Shown: positions 10,221 to 21,176, counted from the first letter of the stretch. The stretch is 64,000 nt of DNA from Nitrospirales bacterium (GCA_965203295.1 CBDBCZ010000019.1:448001-512000); one strand, 5' to 3'. A program made the numbers and translations. The notes: a model not told the origin generated them from the sequence alone.

Positions 10221-11504
10221 TTGAAACACACACATTCCCAACGATTATTTGCTGAGGCGCAGCGGTATATTCCTGGTGGAGTCAATAGCCCAGTCAGGGC
10301 CTTTCGATCGGTGGGCGGTCGACCTGCATTTATTAAGAAGGCAAAAGGTTCCCGACTGTTTGATGTGGATGGGAATACCTTTGTGGATTATGTCCTTTCT
10401 TGGGGTCTTATGATTCTCGGACATGCCCACCCCGCCGTGATGAGAGCCGTGAAACGTGCTGTTGAACAAGGTACGAGTTTCGGGGCTCCCACGGAAGGGG
10501 AGACCAAGCTTGCTCAAATGATTTGTCAGGCCTTTCCTTCTATAGGCCAAGTCCGCTTAGTGAACTCAGGGACGGAAGCAGTCATGAGTGCAATCCGTCT
10601 GGCGAGGGCCTATACCAAGCGAGATGGAATTTTAAAATTCGAAGGGTGCTATCACGGACACGCTGACCATCTTTTGGTGAAAGCCGGATCAGGAGTTGTA
10701 ACCTTGGGAATTCCCGATAGCCCAGGTGTTCCGTCGGCTTTTGCACGACATACTCTGACCGCACCATACAACGATTTCAGGGCCGTCGATTGTCTCGTCC
10801 GCAAACATGCGAAGAACCTTGCCTGTATCATTGTTGAACCAATTGCTGGCAATATGGGGGTGGTCGAACCTAAAGATGCCTTTTTGCCCCATCTCCGGAA
10901 ATTGACCAAAGAGCATGGCATCTTACTGATCTTTGATGAAGTGATTACCGGATTTCGCGTGGCTTATGGGGGAGCTCAAAGCCAGTTTGGAGTCATTCCC
11001 GACCTGACGTGTTTGGGGAAAATTATCGGTGGTGGATTACCGGTTGGAGCCTACGGGGGATCACGCCGCATCATGCAAAACGTGGCACCAGTGGGGCCAG
11101 TGTATCAGGCAGGAACCTTATCTGGTAATCCTTTAGCTGTTAGTGCTGGTTTGGAGACACTCAAACATTTAAAAAAACCTGGTGTCTATACGAAGTTGGA
11201 AAAATTGGGAGCCCAATTGGCAGAGGGATTATGTGATGCGGCGAAGAAGGCCAGGGTTTCTTATTACCAAACCCGAGTGGGATCTATGTTAGGCGGGTTT
11301 TTTTCAGAAAGGCCTGTTGTCGATTATCGTTCGGCCAAATTCTCTGACACTCGACGATACGCGAAGTTTTTTCACCAGATGTTGAGTAAGGGATCTTACT
11401 TCGCCCCCTCACAATTTGAAGCCGCCTTTGTGTCAACGGCTCACACCGCAGCAGATATAGAGCAAACTATCGAGGCGGCTTACCAAGTCTTTAAAAAATT
11501 GTAG
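10221..11504 (+). CDS. hemL: Glutamate-1-semialdehyde 2,1-aminomutase
   Basis: IPGGVNSPVRAF, NSGTEA, KFEGCYHGH, GKIIGGGLPVGAYGG, YQAGTLSGNP, PSQFEA. Confidence 0.97.
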   Translation: MKHTHSQRLFAEAQRYIPGGVNSPVRAFRSVGGRPAFIKKAKGSRLFDVDGNTFVDYVLSWGLMILGHAHPAVMRAVKRAVEQGTSFGAPTEGETKLAQMICQAFPSIGQVRLVNSGTEAVMSAIRLARAYTKRDGILKFEGCYHGHADHLLVKAGSGVVTLGIPDSPGVPSAFARHTLTAPYNDFRAVDCLVRKHAKNLACIIVEPIAGNMGVVEPKDAFLPHLRKLTKEHGILLIFDEVITGFRVAYGGAQSQFGVIPDLTCLGKIIGGGLPVGAYGGSRRIMQNVAPVGPVYQAGTLSGNPLAVSAGLETLKHLKKPGVYTKLEKLGAQLAEGLCDAAKKARVSYYQTRVGSMLGGFFSERPVVDYRSAKFSDTRRYAKFFHQMLSKGSYFAPSQFEAAFVSTAHTAADIEQTIEAAYQVFKKL

Positions 11505-11583
11505 GAATCTTGGGACCAATTTTCCCCTGCCTTGTGCGTAGCCGAGAGGGCAGGCGCCCTGGCGGAAATGGTCCTGTGTCCTT

Positions 11584-11714
11584 AAAGGGACTGTTGAAAA
11601 GTCCTCCAGCGGCGTTCTCGTTGCTCGAAATCCTCAACGTACTTACACTCTGTACGCTTCGGCTTTCTCGCAGCCTGCGGCCTTGCCGGATGAAGCTTTT
11701 TGAACAGTCCCTTT
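11584..11714. repeat. About 130-bp MITE-like palindromic repeat (copy A)
   Basis: Terminal inverted repeats AAAGGGACTGTT/AACAGTCCCTTT; homologous to 24867-24991. Confidence 0.75.
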
Positions 11715-11741
11715 TGCCGAAACAAAATGACCTTTATTCAT

Positions 11742-11978
11742 CTATTCATCGTCGTCATCATCATCATCGGCTTCCAATGCCGCTTGCCGTTGTTGTTCCT
11801 CCATCGCATTGTGAATTAACATTCGGAGAAACATAGAAATCACGGAGCCTTTTTCCAAGGTCCCTCCAGGAGGAATAGCAATTTTGCCTTCTTCTACCAT
11901 TCTATCCAGCCAATTCTTTTGGTCGGGTGTAATATGGACAGGTATTTCGACCAAGGGAATCTTCCCGAACATATCCAT
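11742..11978 (-). CDS. Small hypothetical protein with acidic tail, possibly ribbon-helix-helix
   Basis: GGAGG RBS; beta-helix-helix-like pattern; poly-Asp C-terminus. Confidence 0.55.
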   Translation of the reverse strand: MDMFGKIPLVEIPVHITPDQKNWLDRMVEEGKIAIPPGGTLEKGSVISMFLRMLIHNAMEEQQRQAALEADDDDDDDE

Positions 11979-12000
11979 ATAAAAAACCTCCTTACAATTA

Positions 12001-12117
12001 AGTTTCGAGTTCAGGGTTTAAAAAATATTAGTTTCGAGTTTGGAGTGTAAAGTTTCGAGTCATGAGATAAGGTGTTCCTAATTAACTCTAAACTAGAAAC
12101 TCGGAACCCGAAACTCT
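12001..12117. repeat. Short-repeat palindromic element (AGTTTCGAGT x3, then AACTC-type inverse units)
   Basis: AGTTTCGAGT at 12001, 12030 and 12051, followed by AACTCTAAACTAGAAACTCGGAACCCGAAACTC. Confidence 0.6.
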
Positions 12118-12932
12118 TAGAGTCCCAAAACCTGTGCCATGGTATATAACCCTGGCGGTTGAGTGATTACCCATTCTGCCGCGCGTAATGCTCCACGGGC
12201 GAACGTGTCACGGGTGTGGGCTCGATGGGTCAATTCAATTCGCTCTCCTAATCCCCCAAATATGATCGTGTGGTCACCGACAATGTCACCAGCTCGAATG
12301 GTTTGAATGCCGATTTCTTGCTTTCCTCGTTCTCCGATAAGTCCATGCCGGGCGAAAACTCCTGCCGATTTGAGGTCCCACCCTTTGGCAGTGGCAAGGG
12401 ATTCAGCCAACTTCAAAGCTGTCCCGCTTGGGGTATCCTTTTTCTTCTGGTGGTGAGCCTCAACGACTTCAATGTCATAGCCATCCCCTAAAGCTTGAGC
12501 CATCTTTCCAATGGTTTGTAGTAACACATTGATTCCGACACTCATGTTTGGAGCGAAGACGCAGGGAAGGGATTGGGCTCGTTCGTGAAATTTTTGAAGC
12601 TCCTCTTGAGAAAAGCCTGTTGTCCCAACCACCATGGCTCGCTTATGGGAAACGACGTTCTCCACATGAGAAAGAGTTGCCAACGGCGTCGTAAAGTCTA
12701 TCACCACATCACTCTTCTCAAGCAGAGGGGAAAGATCATCTTGAAGGATTACGCCTAAGGCTCCATACCCGGCGATTTCTCCCACGTCTTTTCCAATAAG
12801 GGGATGGGCTTTCGATTCGGTGGCGCCGACGAGGCGAAGACGAGAGGATTCTCCGATGAGAGAAACTAAACGGGCTCCCATTCGTCCTCCTGCCCCAGTG
12901 ATAATAATCTTGATAGGCGAATTCATGGGCAA
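12117..12932 (-). CDS. dapB: 4-hydroxy-tetrahydrodipicolinate reductase
   Basis: GAGGRMG, VIDFT, VVGTTG, EAHHQKKKDTPSGTA, RAGDIVGDH. Confidence 0.96.
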   Translation of the reverse strand: MPMNSPIKIIITGAGGRMGARLVSLIGESSRLRLVGATESKAHPLIGKDVGEIAGYGALGVILQDDLSPLLEKSDVVIDFTTPLATLSHVENVVSHKRAMVVGTTGFSQEELQKFHERAQSLPCVFAPNMSVGINVLLQTIGKMAQALGDGYDIEVVEAHHQKKKDTPSGTALKLAESLATAKGWDLKSAGVFARHGLIGERGKQEIGIQTIRAGDIVGDHTIIFGGLGERIELTHRAHTRDTFARGALRAAEWVITQPPGLYTMAQVLGL

Positions 12933-12940
12933 GATGAGTA

Positions 12941-13813
12941 TCAGATTAACCCGTACTCTTTGAGGGCTTGGCGGAGGCGTTCCTTATTTTCAGGGGCGAT
13001 ATTGGTGAGGGGGAGACGGAATTCACAGTGGATTTTATTCATCATCGCCAAGGCTTCTTTAACAGGAATGGGGTTGGTTTCGACGAACAATGCACTAAAC
13101 AGTGGTGATAGTTTGTAATGCAAGGCTCGAGCCTGATCATAGTGACCAGCCAAAGCCGCGTCGACCATCGTTGCCATATCTGCTGGAGCGATGTTCGCTG
13201 TGACCGTAATGACACCTTTAGCACCAATGGCCATCATGGGTACGGTCAGGGAGTCATCTCCAGACAAGACAATAAATTCCTCCCCGCATTGCTCGACAAT
13301 ATCAGAAACTTGCGTGAGGGACCCACTGCCTTCTTTCACACCGACAATATTGGGAATCTTGGCCAGCCTGGCCATGGTGGTCGCGGTCATATTGATGGCT
13401 GTTCTTCCGGGAATGTTATAAAGGACCACCGGAAGATCGACCGACTGAGCAATGACCGAAAAGTGCTGATAGAGACCCTCCTGAGTGGGTTTGTTGTAAT
13501 ACGGAGTAATGAGCAGTGCCCCATCGGCCCCGACCTCCTTGGCGTGCTTGGTAAAGGCAAGGGCTTCATCAGTGGAATTCGATCCGGTCCCGGCAATAAC
13601 AGAAACCCGACGATTCACGGCTTCAACGGTCAGAGCCACGACACGCTCGTGTTCTTGATGGGAAAGCGTCGCGGATTCCCCCGTCGTTCCGCAGGGAACA
13701 ATCCCGTCCGTTCCATGGGCAATCTGAAACTCAATCAGATCACCCAAGGCCGTTTCATCAACCCGCCCCTTACGAAAAGGGGTCACGATAGCGACTAAAG
13801 ATCCGGTAAACAT
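12941..13813 (-). CDS. dapA: 4-hydroxy-tetrahydrodipicolinate synthase
   Basis: GTTGES, PYYNKP, LYNIPGRT, GVKE, ETNPIPVK. Confidence 0.97.
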   Translation of the reverse strand: MFTGSLVAIVTPFRKGRVDETALGDLIEFQIAHGTDGIVPCGTTGESATLSHQEHERVVALTVEAVNRRVSVIAGTGSNSTDEALAFTKHAKEVGADGALLITPYYNKPTQEGLYQHFSVIAQSVDLPVVLYNIPGRTAINMTATTMARLAKIPNIVGVKEGSGSLTQVSDIVEQCGEEFIVLSGDDSLTVPMMAIGAKGVITVTANIAPADMATMVDAALAGHYDQARALHYKLSPLFSALFVETNPIPVKEALAMMNKIHCEFRLPLTNIAPENKERLRQALKEYGLI

Positions 13814-13909
13814 ATTAGTGACATGAGCATCGACTTACATGATCCAACAAGATTTAATCTTGGTAGGTGCTCACTCCCTTATTGAGAATATGGGTTCTCC
13901 TTCATTCGT

Positions 13910-15169
13910 TCAGGAGGCCCAGTCTGGGATTGTTTCTCCTCGAACCAGGTCTTCATAGCTTTCCCGTTCTTTGATGACAAAACACTGCCCTTCTTTTACG
14001 AGGATTTCCGGCACGCGTGGGCGAGAATTATAGTTGGAAGCCATAGAAAAGGCATACGCTCCTGCACTCATGACCGCCAAGAGATCCTTTGCCTTGGCTT
14101 CAGGCATCAGTCGATCCTTAGCTAAGAAATCTCCAGATTCGCAGATCGGCCCAACGACATCGACTGATTGTTGGCTAGCGTTGGGATTCCGCTGGACAGG
14201 CCAAATGTTGTGATGAGCTTCGTAGAGGCTAGGTCGGATTAGATCGTTCATGGCTGCATCGACAATGAGGAAGCGCTTGGTATTGGTTTCCTTTGTGTAG
14301 AGCACTTGAGTGAGGAGAATTCCGGCATTGCCAACGATCACCCGTCCAGGTTCCATGATCAGGTCGCATTTCAAATCACGCAACAGTGGAGATATGGCGT
14401 CCGCCAATTCTTTGGGATGCGGAGGCACCTCGTCCGAATATGTGATTCCTAATCCACCTCCGATGTTGAGATACTGAATGTGAAACCCTTCCTCTTGCAA
14501 GGACTCGATGAGAGCCAGGATTTTTTTTAGGGCATCCACAAAGGGGGTGACCTGGGTGAGTTGAGATCCAATATGCGAATGAACACCCACGACATCAATA
14601 TGAGACAAGGAAGAAGCTAACTGAAACTCCGACAGCGCCCGATCTCCCTCAATCCCAAACTTGCTTTTTTTAAGACCTGTTGAAATGTAGGGGTGGGTCT
14701 TGGGGTCAATGTCCGGATTGATCCTCAGCGCCACTCGGGCCTTTCGATTCATCCCGGCAGCCACGTCATTGATGGCATGGAGCTCATTCGATGATTCAAC
14801 GTTGAACATCAAAATTTTCGATTCGAGAGCGTATCGAATTTCTTCTGGTGTTTTCCCTACACCGGCAAAAACTATTTTATTTGGCGAGATTCCGGCTCGC
14901 AGAGCTCGGTATAATTCCCCTCCAGATACGATATCGGCCCCACTTCCTTCCGAGGCCATCAGCCGGAGGATCGCGAGATTGGAGTTGGCCTTCATCGCAT
15001 ATGCCACGATATGTGGAATGGAAGCGAATGCTCCATCAAAAACCCGAAAATGCCGGATCAGGGTTTCATGACTATAGATGTAGCATGGGGTGCCAAATTC
15101 CTTGGCGATTCGCTCAATCGGAACCCCTTCACAAAAAAGGGTATCTTCCTGATAATGAAAACTATGCAT
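13910..15169 (-). CDS. lysA: Diaminopimelate decarboxylase
   Basis: YAMKANSN, HIGSQL, GGGLG, EPGR, GPICESGD, MASNYN. Confidence 0.97.
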   Translation of the reverse strand: MHSFHYQEDTLFCEGVPIERIAKEFGTPCYIYSHETLIRHFRVFDGAFASIPHIVAYAMKANSNLAILRLMASEGSGADIVSGGELYRALRAGISPNKIVFAGVGKTPEEIRYALESKILMFNVESSNELHAINDVAAGMNRKARVALRINPDIDPKTHPYISTGLKKSKFGIEGDRALSEFQLASSLSHIDVVGVHSHIGSQLTQVTPFVDALKKILALIESLQEEGFHIQYLNIGGGLGITYSDEVPPHPKELADAISPLLRDLKCDLIMEPGRVIVGNAGILLTQVLYTKETNTKRFLIVDAAMNDLIRPSLYEAHHNIWPVQRNPNASQQSVDVVGPICESGDFLAKDRLMPEAKAKDLLAVMSAGAYAFSMASNYNSRPRVPEILVKEGQCFVIKERESYEDLVRGETIPDWAS

Positions 15170-17039
15170 CTTGACTGAGCTCTTCGAACAGATCGACGTC
15201 GGGTAGGGTGAGTCCCTCTAAGTCTGTATGAAACCCGTCCTGTAATTTTCGGTACCGTAGTTTGGCATGGGGAGCTATGGCTTTGAGCATCTCGCCGTCC
15301 AGGAGCGTTTGAAGGGCCTGAGGGGTGGCCTGGCGAAGATGCTCGAAATTGACCACGATATCCATTTGAGCCTTCTGCGCAGCATACTTGATACGAGTCA
15401 GAAGTTCCCGCGCATTGAGATGATCAAGGGTTCCTTCCAACTCAATGAAAAGAGCCGCAAAGGCATCATGTCGACGACCACGTATTTTGAGAAACAGATC
15501 TTGAGTTGTCGTCGGCACGGTCTGTTTGAGCGCGACCAGGGCATTGGGAATCAACTGGTTGGTTTCAATGGTTGGAAGCTTGGTTTGCAGGTTTTTCAAA
15601 ACCGCTGCGACAGGAGATAGTTGCCCTTTTGGACAGGACCGCTTGATCAATTTCCGAAATTCGTTGTTCATCTCTAATCGGGGAATCACCCGGTACGCCG
15701 TATGGGAGAGTCGGTTCCAAATAGATGGCCAGGAGTAAAATTCATGATTCGCCCAGAAGAAGCCTTCTTGGAGTTGTTCCGGGGTCATTCGCCTGGGATG
15801 AAACACCACATGTTTCCCATCATATTTCGCCCAGTCCCGATCAAAAATCTGTCCTTCGCGCTCATAGCGTTCGAATAAGGCTGTTCCAGGAAGTGGGGTC
15901 AGAACGTTGAAGTAGGCTAATTCCACACGATTTCTGATAAGAAAGTTCAAGGTTGTTTCAAAGACAGATTCATCATCATTATCGAAACCAAACACCATTC
16001 CCGGATTCACCATGATGCCATGATCGTGGAACATTTTTATCTGGTCTTCAAACTTCCGAACTTGATTAAACCCCTTATTCGTTTCACCCAGAGAGTCATC
16101 CGAAATCGACTCCATACCCACAAAGACCGAAACACACCCACTTTCTGCAGCAAGTTTGACCATTTCCCGATCGTCACCAAGGAATAACGTCGACTGACAA
16201 CCCCACTTAATGTTGAGCGACTTCATGGCTTGCCACAATTCTCGACAATAGGCTCGGTGACTATTGTGCAGGTCATCCACAAAGGCGACGATCGAACCTT
16301 CTTCTAGACCGACCCAAATTCGCAGAGCCGTTGACATGGCGTTCCAGAGGGAGCCTCGACTCATTCGTTCCACCACCTCGGATCGGATCCATTCCTTGAC
16401 GTGGTTCATCTCCTCAATGACTTCGAGAACAGGACGCCGCCGCGTGGTTTTCCCATTAAATGGGGAAACGCTGCAAAACTCACAGTCAAAATGGCACCCT
16501 CGGGTCGTAAAGGTGCAATGGCGGGTCATATAGGCATCGGGACTCAAAAGCTCGACGCGAGGGCTCTTATAGTGATCAAGGTTAGGAAACTGGTCCATTC
16601 GATAGACCTGTTTCATGGTCCCCGCTTCAAAGTCGGCCACCACTTGGGGCCATAAATCTTCGGCTTCCCCGCAGACCACGGCATCACCGTACCGTAATGC
16701 TTCGTCCGCGCAATAGGTTGGATGCACACCGCCCAACACCACCTTCTTTCCCCGTTTACGAAATTCTGTGGCAATTTCATACGCTCGGGGGGCGTAACAG
16801 GTCATGATCGATATACCAACGAGGTCGCATGGTTCATCGAAGTTGATATCTTGCACGGATTCATCAACCAGCTTCACGTCCCAGCCTTCAGGGGTATAAG
16901 CGGCAATTACAGGAAGACTCAATTTGGGAAACCAAATAGATCGTCGTTCCCTTGCGGTCATCCGGTACGGATTGTTCCTGGGGTAAGGATCCAGTAACAA
17001 AAGCGTCCGCGCCTGACGTTGTACAGATGAAGAGTTCAT
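15162..17039 (-). CDS. B12-binding-domain radical SAM protein with C-terminal STAS-like extension
   Basis: VVLGGVHPT..GEAE B12 domain; TRGCHFDCEFC (CxxxCxxC); TPLPGT; tail IELEGTLDHLNA..IVVNFEHL. Confidence 0.85.
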   Translation of the reverse strand: MNSSSVQRQARTLLLLDPYPRNNPYRMTARERRSIWFPKLSLPVIAAYTPEGWDVKLVDESVQDINFDEPCDLVGISIMTCYAPRAYEIATEFRKRGKKVVLGGVHPTYCADEALRYGDAVVCGEAEDLWPQVVADFEAGTMKQVYRMDQFPNLDHYKSPRVELLSPDAYMTRHCTFTTRGCHFDCEFCSVSPFNGKTTRRRPVLEVIEEMNHVKEWIRSEVVERMSRGSLWNAMSTALRIWVGLEEGSIVAFVDDLHNSHRAYCRELWQAMKSLNIKWGCQSTLFLGDDREMVKLAAESGCVSVFVGMESISDDSLGETNKGFNQVRKFEDQIKMFHDHGIMVNPGMVFGFDNDDESVFETTLNFLIRNRVELAYFNVLTPLPGTALFERYEREGQIFDRDWAKYDGKHVVFHPRRMTPEQLQEGFFWANHEFYSWPSIWNRLSHTAYRVIPRLEMNNEFRKLIKRSCPKGQLSPVAAVLKNLQTKLPTIETNQLIPNALVALKQTVPTTTQDLFLKIRGRRHDAFAALFIELEGTLDHLNARELLTRIKYAAQKAQMDIVVNFEHLRQATPQALQTLLDGEMLKAIAPHAKLRYRKLQDGFHTDLEGLTLPDVDLFEELSQDA

Positions 17040-17108
17040 AGTCCGCCTCCTGGCTGCATTAGACTCAATCTAGATTAGGACTGAGTGAATGAGAAAGTCC
17101 ATAGGGAG

Positions 17109-17366
17109 TTATTGTGTGTTTATCGGTTGAAGAGGGGGAAGTTGGATTTCTTCCTCCTCAATGGGCACTTTTTCTTCTTCTTGTGTTTTTGCGGACGCGC
17201 CGTTTTGGGAACGTTGTTGTTCGCGTAATTTGGCCTCGATTCCAATATCCTCCGGAGCAGTCAGTGGTCCTACGGACCCGCATCCGAAGCTTAACCAACA
17301 CAAGCTAAAAACAAGAAGCGTGAGCATGGTTGCTTTTTTGATCGTTTTAGACTTGGAGTTTTCCAT
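17109..17366 (-). CDS. Small lipoprotein, LptM/YifL(LppL)-like
   Basis: Signal peptide plus lipobox FGC followed by GSVGPLTAP (compare CGxKGPL); lies between argH and lysA. Confidence 0.6.
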   Translation of the reverse strand: MENSKSKTIKKATMLTLLVFSLCWLSFGCGSVGPLTAPEDIGIEAKLREQQRSQNGASAKTQEEEKVPIEEEEIQLPPLQPINTQ

Positions 17367-17370
17367 AGAT

Positions 17371-18888
17371 TTATCTCGAGGCATAAGACATCGTGGAATG
17401 CACCCGCTCCAATAGAATTTTTTCCAAGGCTTTGAGTCTCTTTTCAACCTGCTTACGTGCAGTCCCGCCAATTTGGGCTTTGCGATCGATGGAACCTTTT
17501 AAGGTTAGCACCTTTAATGCGTCACGTCCAAAATAAGGAGAGACGGCCCGGAGGTCCGAAAACGTTAAGTCTCGAAGCTCGTACCTGCGTTGGATGCACA
17601 TTCTCACCAATTGTCCCACGATTCCATGGGCTTCGCGGAACGGGATACCCTTTCCTACTAAATAATCCGCAAGATCCGTTGCCAAGAGAAAGCTAGAATT
17701 GACCCCAGTCGCCATGGCTTCCGGACGAACGCGGAGACGCCGGACCAACTCAGTATAGAGGTCAAGACAGTTGAAGACCGTATCGATCACGTCAAATAGG
17801 GGTTCTTTGTCTTCTTGAAGATCTCGGTTGTAGGTTAATGGGAGACCTTTCAGTGTCGTGAGGACAGCCATCAAGTGTCCATAGACTCTGCCGGTTTTCC
17901 CTCGAATGAGTTCGGGAATATCAGGATTTTTCTTTTGGGGCATCATGCTACTACCGGTACAAAATCCATCCGGCAAGGACACAAATTGAAATTCCTGTGA
18001 AGTCCATAAAACCAATTCCTCACTCAGCCGGGATAAGTGCATCATGATCAAGGCTAACGTGGACAATGCCTCGACGACATAATCGCGGTCTGAGACGGCA
18101 TCCAGGCTGTTCTGGCAGACTTCCGGGAAACTCAAGAGTTTTGCGGTATAGAGACGATCTAAGGGGTAATTGGTCCCAGCCAGCGCCCCAGATCCCAAGG
18201 GCATGATATTCACTCGTGTGAAGGTATCGTGCACGCGACCCTGGTCTCGTTCCAACATTTCCACATAGGCTAGGAAATGATGTGCAACCAGGACGGGTTG
18301 AGCGCGTTGGAGATGTGTGTACCCCGGCATGATGACATCTAAATTTTCCCTGGCTTGCCACAAAAGCGATTGTTCCAGTTCTTGGAGCTTGGCAGACAGT
18401 GTATGGAGCGCTTGGCGAAGGTACAATCTCAAATCCAAGGTGATTTGATCATTTCGACTTCGCCCTGTATGGAGTTTTCCCCCTAAAGGACCAATGAGTT
18501 TGGTCAATCTCCGTTCGATCGCCATGTGAATGTCTTCATCTGATGCAGAGAAGGAAAACCGGCCCTTTTGAATTTCTTTCTGAATGGTCTCTAGTCCCTG
18601 AATGATCGTGCCGCATTCTTTCCGTGTCAGAACTTTGGCCCGCTCCAAAGTCTTGCAATGGGCGATGCTTCCCTGGATGTCCTGCTCAAACAACCGGCGA
18701 TCAAAGGAAAGAGAGGAGGTGAACTGTTCAACAAGGGAGTGGGTCTTTTCGGAAAACCGTCCCCCCCAAGGCTTCTGAGAGGTGTTTTTCGAACGTTGAG
18801 TTCGAAGCCAATTTTTTGACTGAGGGCTTGATTTATTCGAGCGCTTCTTGTCCAGGCGAGAAGAACGTTTCTCTTTGAGATTGGGCAT
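17371..18888 (-). CDS. argH: Argininosuccinate lyase
   Basis: WGGRF, HTGRSRNDQ, PGYTHLQRAQP, GSSMMPQKKNPD. Confidence 0.97.
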   Translation of the reverse strand: MPNLKEKRSSRLDKKRSNKSSPQSKNWLRTQRSKNTSQKPWGGRFSEKTHSLVEQFTSSLSFDRRLFEQDIQGSIAHCKTLERAKVLTRKECGTIIQGLETIQKEIQKGRFSFSASDEDIHMAIERRLTKLIGPLGGKLHTGRSRNDQITLDLRLYLRQALHTLSAKLQELEQSLLWQARENLDVIMPGYTHLQRAQPVLVAHHFLAYVEMLERDQGRVHDTFTRVNIMPLGSGALAGTNYPLDRLYTAKLLSFPEVCQNSLDAVSDRDYVVEALSTLALIMMHLSRLSEELVLWTSQEFQFVSLPDGFCTGSSMMPQKKNPDIPELIRGKTGRVYGHLMAVLTTLKGLPLTYNRDLQEDKEPLFDVIDTVFNCLDLYTELVRRLRVRPEAMATGVNSSFLLATDLADYLVGKGIPFREAHGIVGQLVRMCIQRRYELRDLTFSDLRAVSPYFGRDALKVLTLKGSIDRKAQIGGTARKQVEKRLKALEKILLERVHSTMSYASR

Positions 18889-18927
18889 AATCGTTAACTC
18901 ATTAACTCATGAAGATGAAACAAATTG

Positions 18928-20175
18928 CTATCTTATCTTGCGTAGCCCCAATCTCAAAGCACTCAGCCGAATGAATCCATCGGCATCGGCTTGGTCAAAA
19001 TCCTGTCCTTCTTCAAAAGTGGCTAAATCCTGGTGATACAACGATTGACTCGAGCGTCGTCCTGTTACAATACAGTTTCCTTTATAGAGTTTCACTCGAA
19101 CCGATCCTGTGACGTGTTTCTGGGCTTCATCACAGGATTTTTGAAGCATCATCCGTTCCGGAGCAAACCAATATCCGTAATACACCAACTCCGCATATCG
19201 CGAAATTAAACTGTCGCGGAGATGTAGAACATCCCGATCCATGGTGATGGATTCCAATCCTCGATGAGCAATATGAAGAATGGTTCCCCCTGGTGTTTCA
19301 TACACGCCCCGGGATTTCATGCCCACATAGCGATTTTCGACTAAGTCCACTCGTCCAATACCATGGGCTCCTCCCACACGGTTGAGATAGGCCAGCAAGG
19401 TCGCCGGTGACATGTTCTTGCCGTTCACGCCTATGGGATCTCCACGATGAAAGTCGATTTCTAGAGATTGGGCCTTGTTGGGGGCGCGTTCAGGGGATAC
19501 GGTCATTTGAAACATGGACTCTGGGGGTGCCTGCCAAGGATCCTCCAGAATGCCTCCTTCATAGCTAATATGGAATAGGTTGAGATCCATGCTGTAGGGT
19601 TTCGCCTTGGTCACCGTGACAGAGATTCCCTTCGCTCTTGCATATCGAATGAGGTCTTGCCGGGATCGGAATGTCCATTCTCGCCAGGGTGCGATAATGC
19701 GAAGGTTGGGAGATAACGCATGATACGTCAATTCGAATCGAACCTGATCGTTGCCTTTCCCCGTAGCCCCGTGCCCGACTGCCTGGGCTTTTTCCTTGCG
19801 AGCGATTTCAATCTGACGTCGAGCAATCAGAGGTCGAGCGATTGACGTCCCGAGCAGATACGATCCTTCATACACGGCGTTGGCTCGAAGCATCGGAAAG
19901 ACATAATTCCGGACGAATATTTCCTTCAGGTCTTCAACATAGACTTTCGATGCCCCAACAGCCAGGGCTTTCTTCTTCACGACCTGAGGATCTTCACCTT
20001 GGCCTAAGTCCGCACAATAGGCCACAACCTCACATTGGTATTCTTCCTGAATCCATTTGAGAATGACAGACGTATCTAATCCGCCTGAATAGGCGAGGAC
20101 CACCTTGCGAACGGGTCGGTGAGATGGCTTGGTATTCTGAGTCACGAGCCGAGAGCGACGAGACGGTAATTTCAT
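18928..20175 (-). CDS. argG: Argininosuccinate synthase
   Basis: [34 protein letters not shown]; start chosen at the ATG overlapping the argF stop. Confidence 0.96.
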   Translation of the reverse strand: MKLPSRRSRLVTQNTKPSHRPVRKVVLAYSGGLDTSVILKWIQEEYQCEVVAYCADLGQGEDPQVVKKKALAVGASKVYVEDLKEIFVRNYVFPMLRANAVYEGSYLLGTSIARPLIARRQIEIARKEKAQAVGHGATGKGNDQVRFELTYHALSPNLRIIAPWREWTFRSRQDLIRYARAKGISVTVTKAKPYSMDLNLFHISYEGGILEDPWQAPPESMFQMTVSPERAPNKAQSLEIDFHRGDPIGVNGKNMSPATLLAYLNRVGGAHGIGRVDLVENRYVGMKSRGVYETPGGTILHIAHRGLESITMDRDVLHLRDSLISRYAELVYYGYWFAPERMMLQKSCDEAQKHVTGSVRVKLYKGNCIVTGRRSSQSLYHQDLATFEEGQDFDQADADGFIRLSALRLGLRKIR

Positions 20176-21173
20176 GACCAAGGACGACCGAGCCATTCCG
20201 TCAAAATAGCCTTTTGCATGTGAAGACGATTTTCAGCCTGATCGAGTACGACAGAATGGGGCCCATCCAAGACAGCTGCGGATATTTCTTCACCACGGTG
20301 GGCCGGCAAACAATGCATGACGATGGCATCAGGACGAGCTGTTTCCAGCAAACGTTCATTTAATTGGAAGGGGGCTAGGGCCTTTATCCGCTCGGATTGT
20401 TCATGCTCTTGACCCATGCTCGTCCACACATCCGTGTATACGACATCAGCCTCTTTCGTCGCGATGGCCGGGTCATGCGTGATTTCTATGGTGGCTTCGG
20501 TGCGCAGGGCTTCCTGATGAGACCAGTTGATGATTTGCGAATCAGGTTGATATCCGACAGGGCACCCGATGGAGACATGCATCCCGGCTAAGGCGGAAGC
20601 CTCCATAAGGGAATGGGCAATGTTATTCCCATCGCCGACATAAGACAATTTTAAGCCCTTCAGCTCGCCTTTTTTCTCATGAATTGTAAAGAGGTCGGCC
20701 AAAGCTTGGCATGGATGGCACAGGTTCGTTAACCCGTTGATGATAGGGATGGTGGCATGCTGAGCCCATTCTTCAAGCTTTGTTTGTTCAAAGGTTCTGA
20801 TGACGAGTCCATCAAGATACCGAGAAAGGACCTGTGCCGTGTCGCTGAGAGATTCTCCTCGGCTCAATTGAATGTTTTCCATTGAAAGGAATAGGGCCTG
20901 CCCTCCCATTTGATTCATGGCCGCTTCGAACGAAACTCGGGTTCGGGTCGATGGTTTTTCAAACAAGAGCCCTAGCGTGAGACCGGAGAGCAATTGAGCC
21001 CCCCGACCTTGTCGTGAAGTGGATTTCAGCTCTCGGGTGATTTGGAGTAGGCGAAAAACCTGAGGCCCCGTAAGGGAGGAAACAGTCAGAAAGTCCTTTG
21101 TGTTGTGTGCTCCTTCTCCGTCTGATGTTAGACTCATCGTTCTATTAGCTGGGGAACTTCCTAACGTTGACAC
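20172..21173 (-). CDS. argF: Ornithine carbamoyltransferase
   Basis: [26 protein letters not shown]. Confidence 0.96.
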   Translation of the reverse strand: MSTLGSSPANRTMSLTSDGEGAHNTKDFLTVSSLTGPQVFRLLQITRELKSTSRQGRGAQLLSGLTLGLLFEKPSTRTRVSFEAAMNQMGGQALFLSMENIQLSRGESLSDTAQVLSRYLDGLVIRTFEQTKLEEWAQHATIPIINGLTNLCHPCQALADLFTIHEKKGELKGLKLSYVGDGNNIAHSLMEASALAGMHVSIGCPVGYQPDSQIINWSHQEALRTEATIEITHDPAIATKEADVVYTDVWTSMGQEHEQSERIKALAPFQLNERLLETARPDAIVMHCLPAHRGEEISAAVLDGPHSVVLDQAENRLHMQKAILTEWLGRPWS

Positions 21174-21176
21174 GTG

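Noticed and set aside
12001..12117. CRISPR array
   Set aside because: Units are 7-10 nt with irregular spacing; no cas genes and no repeat-spacer array seen in the window
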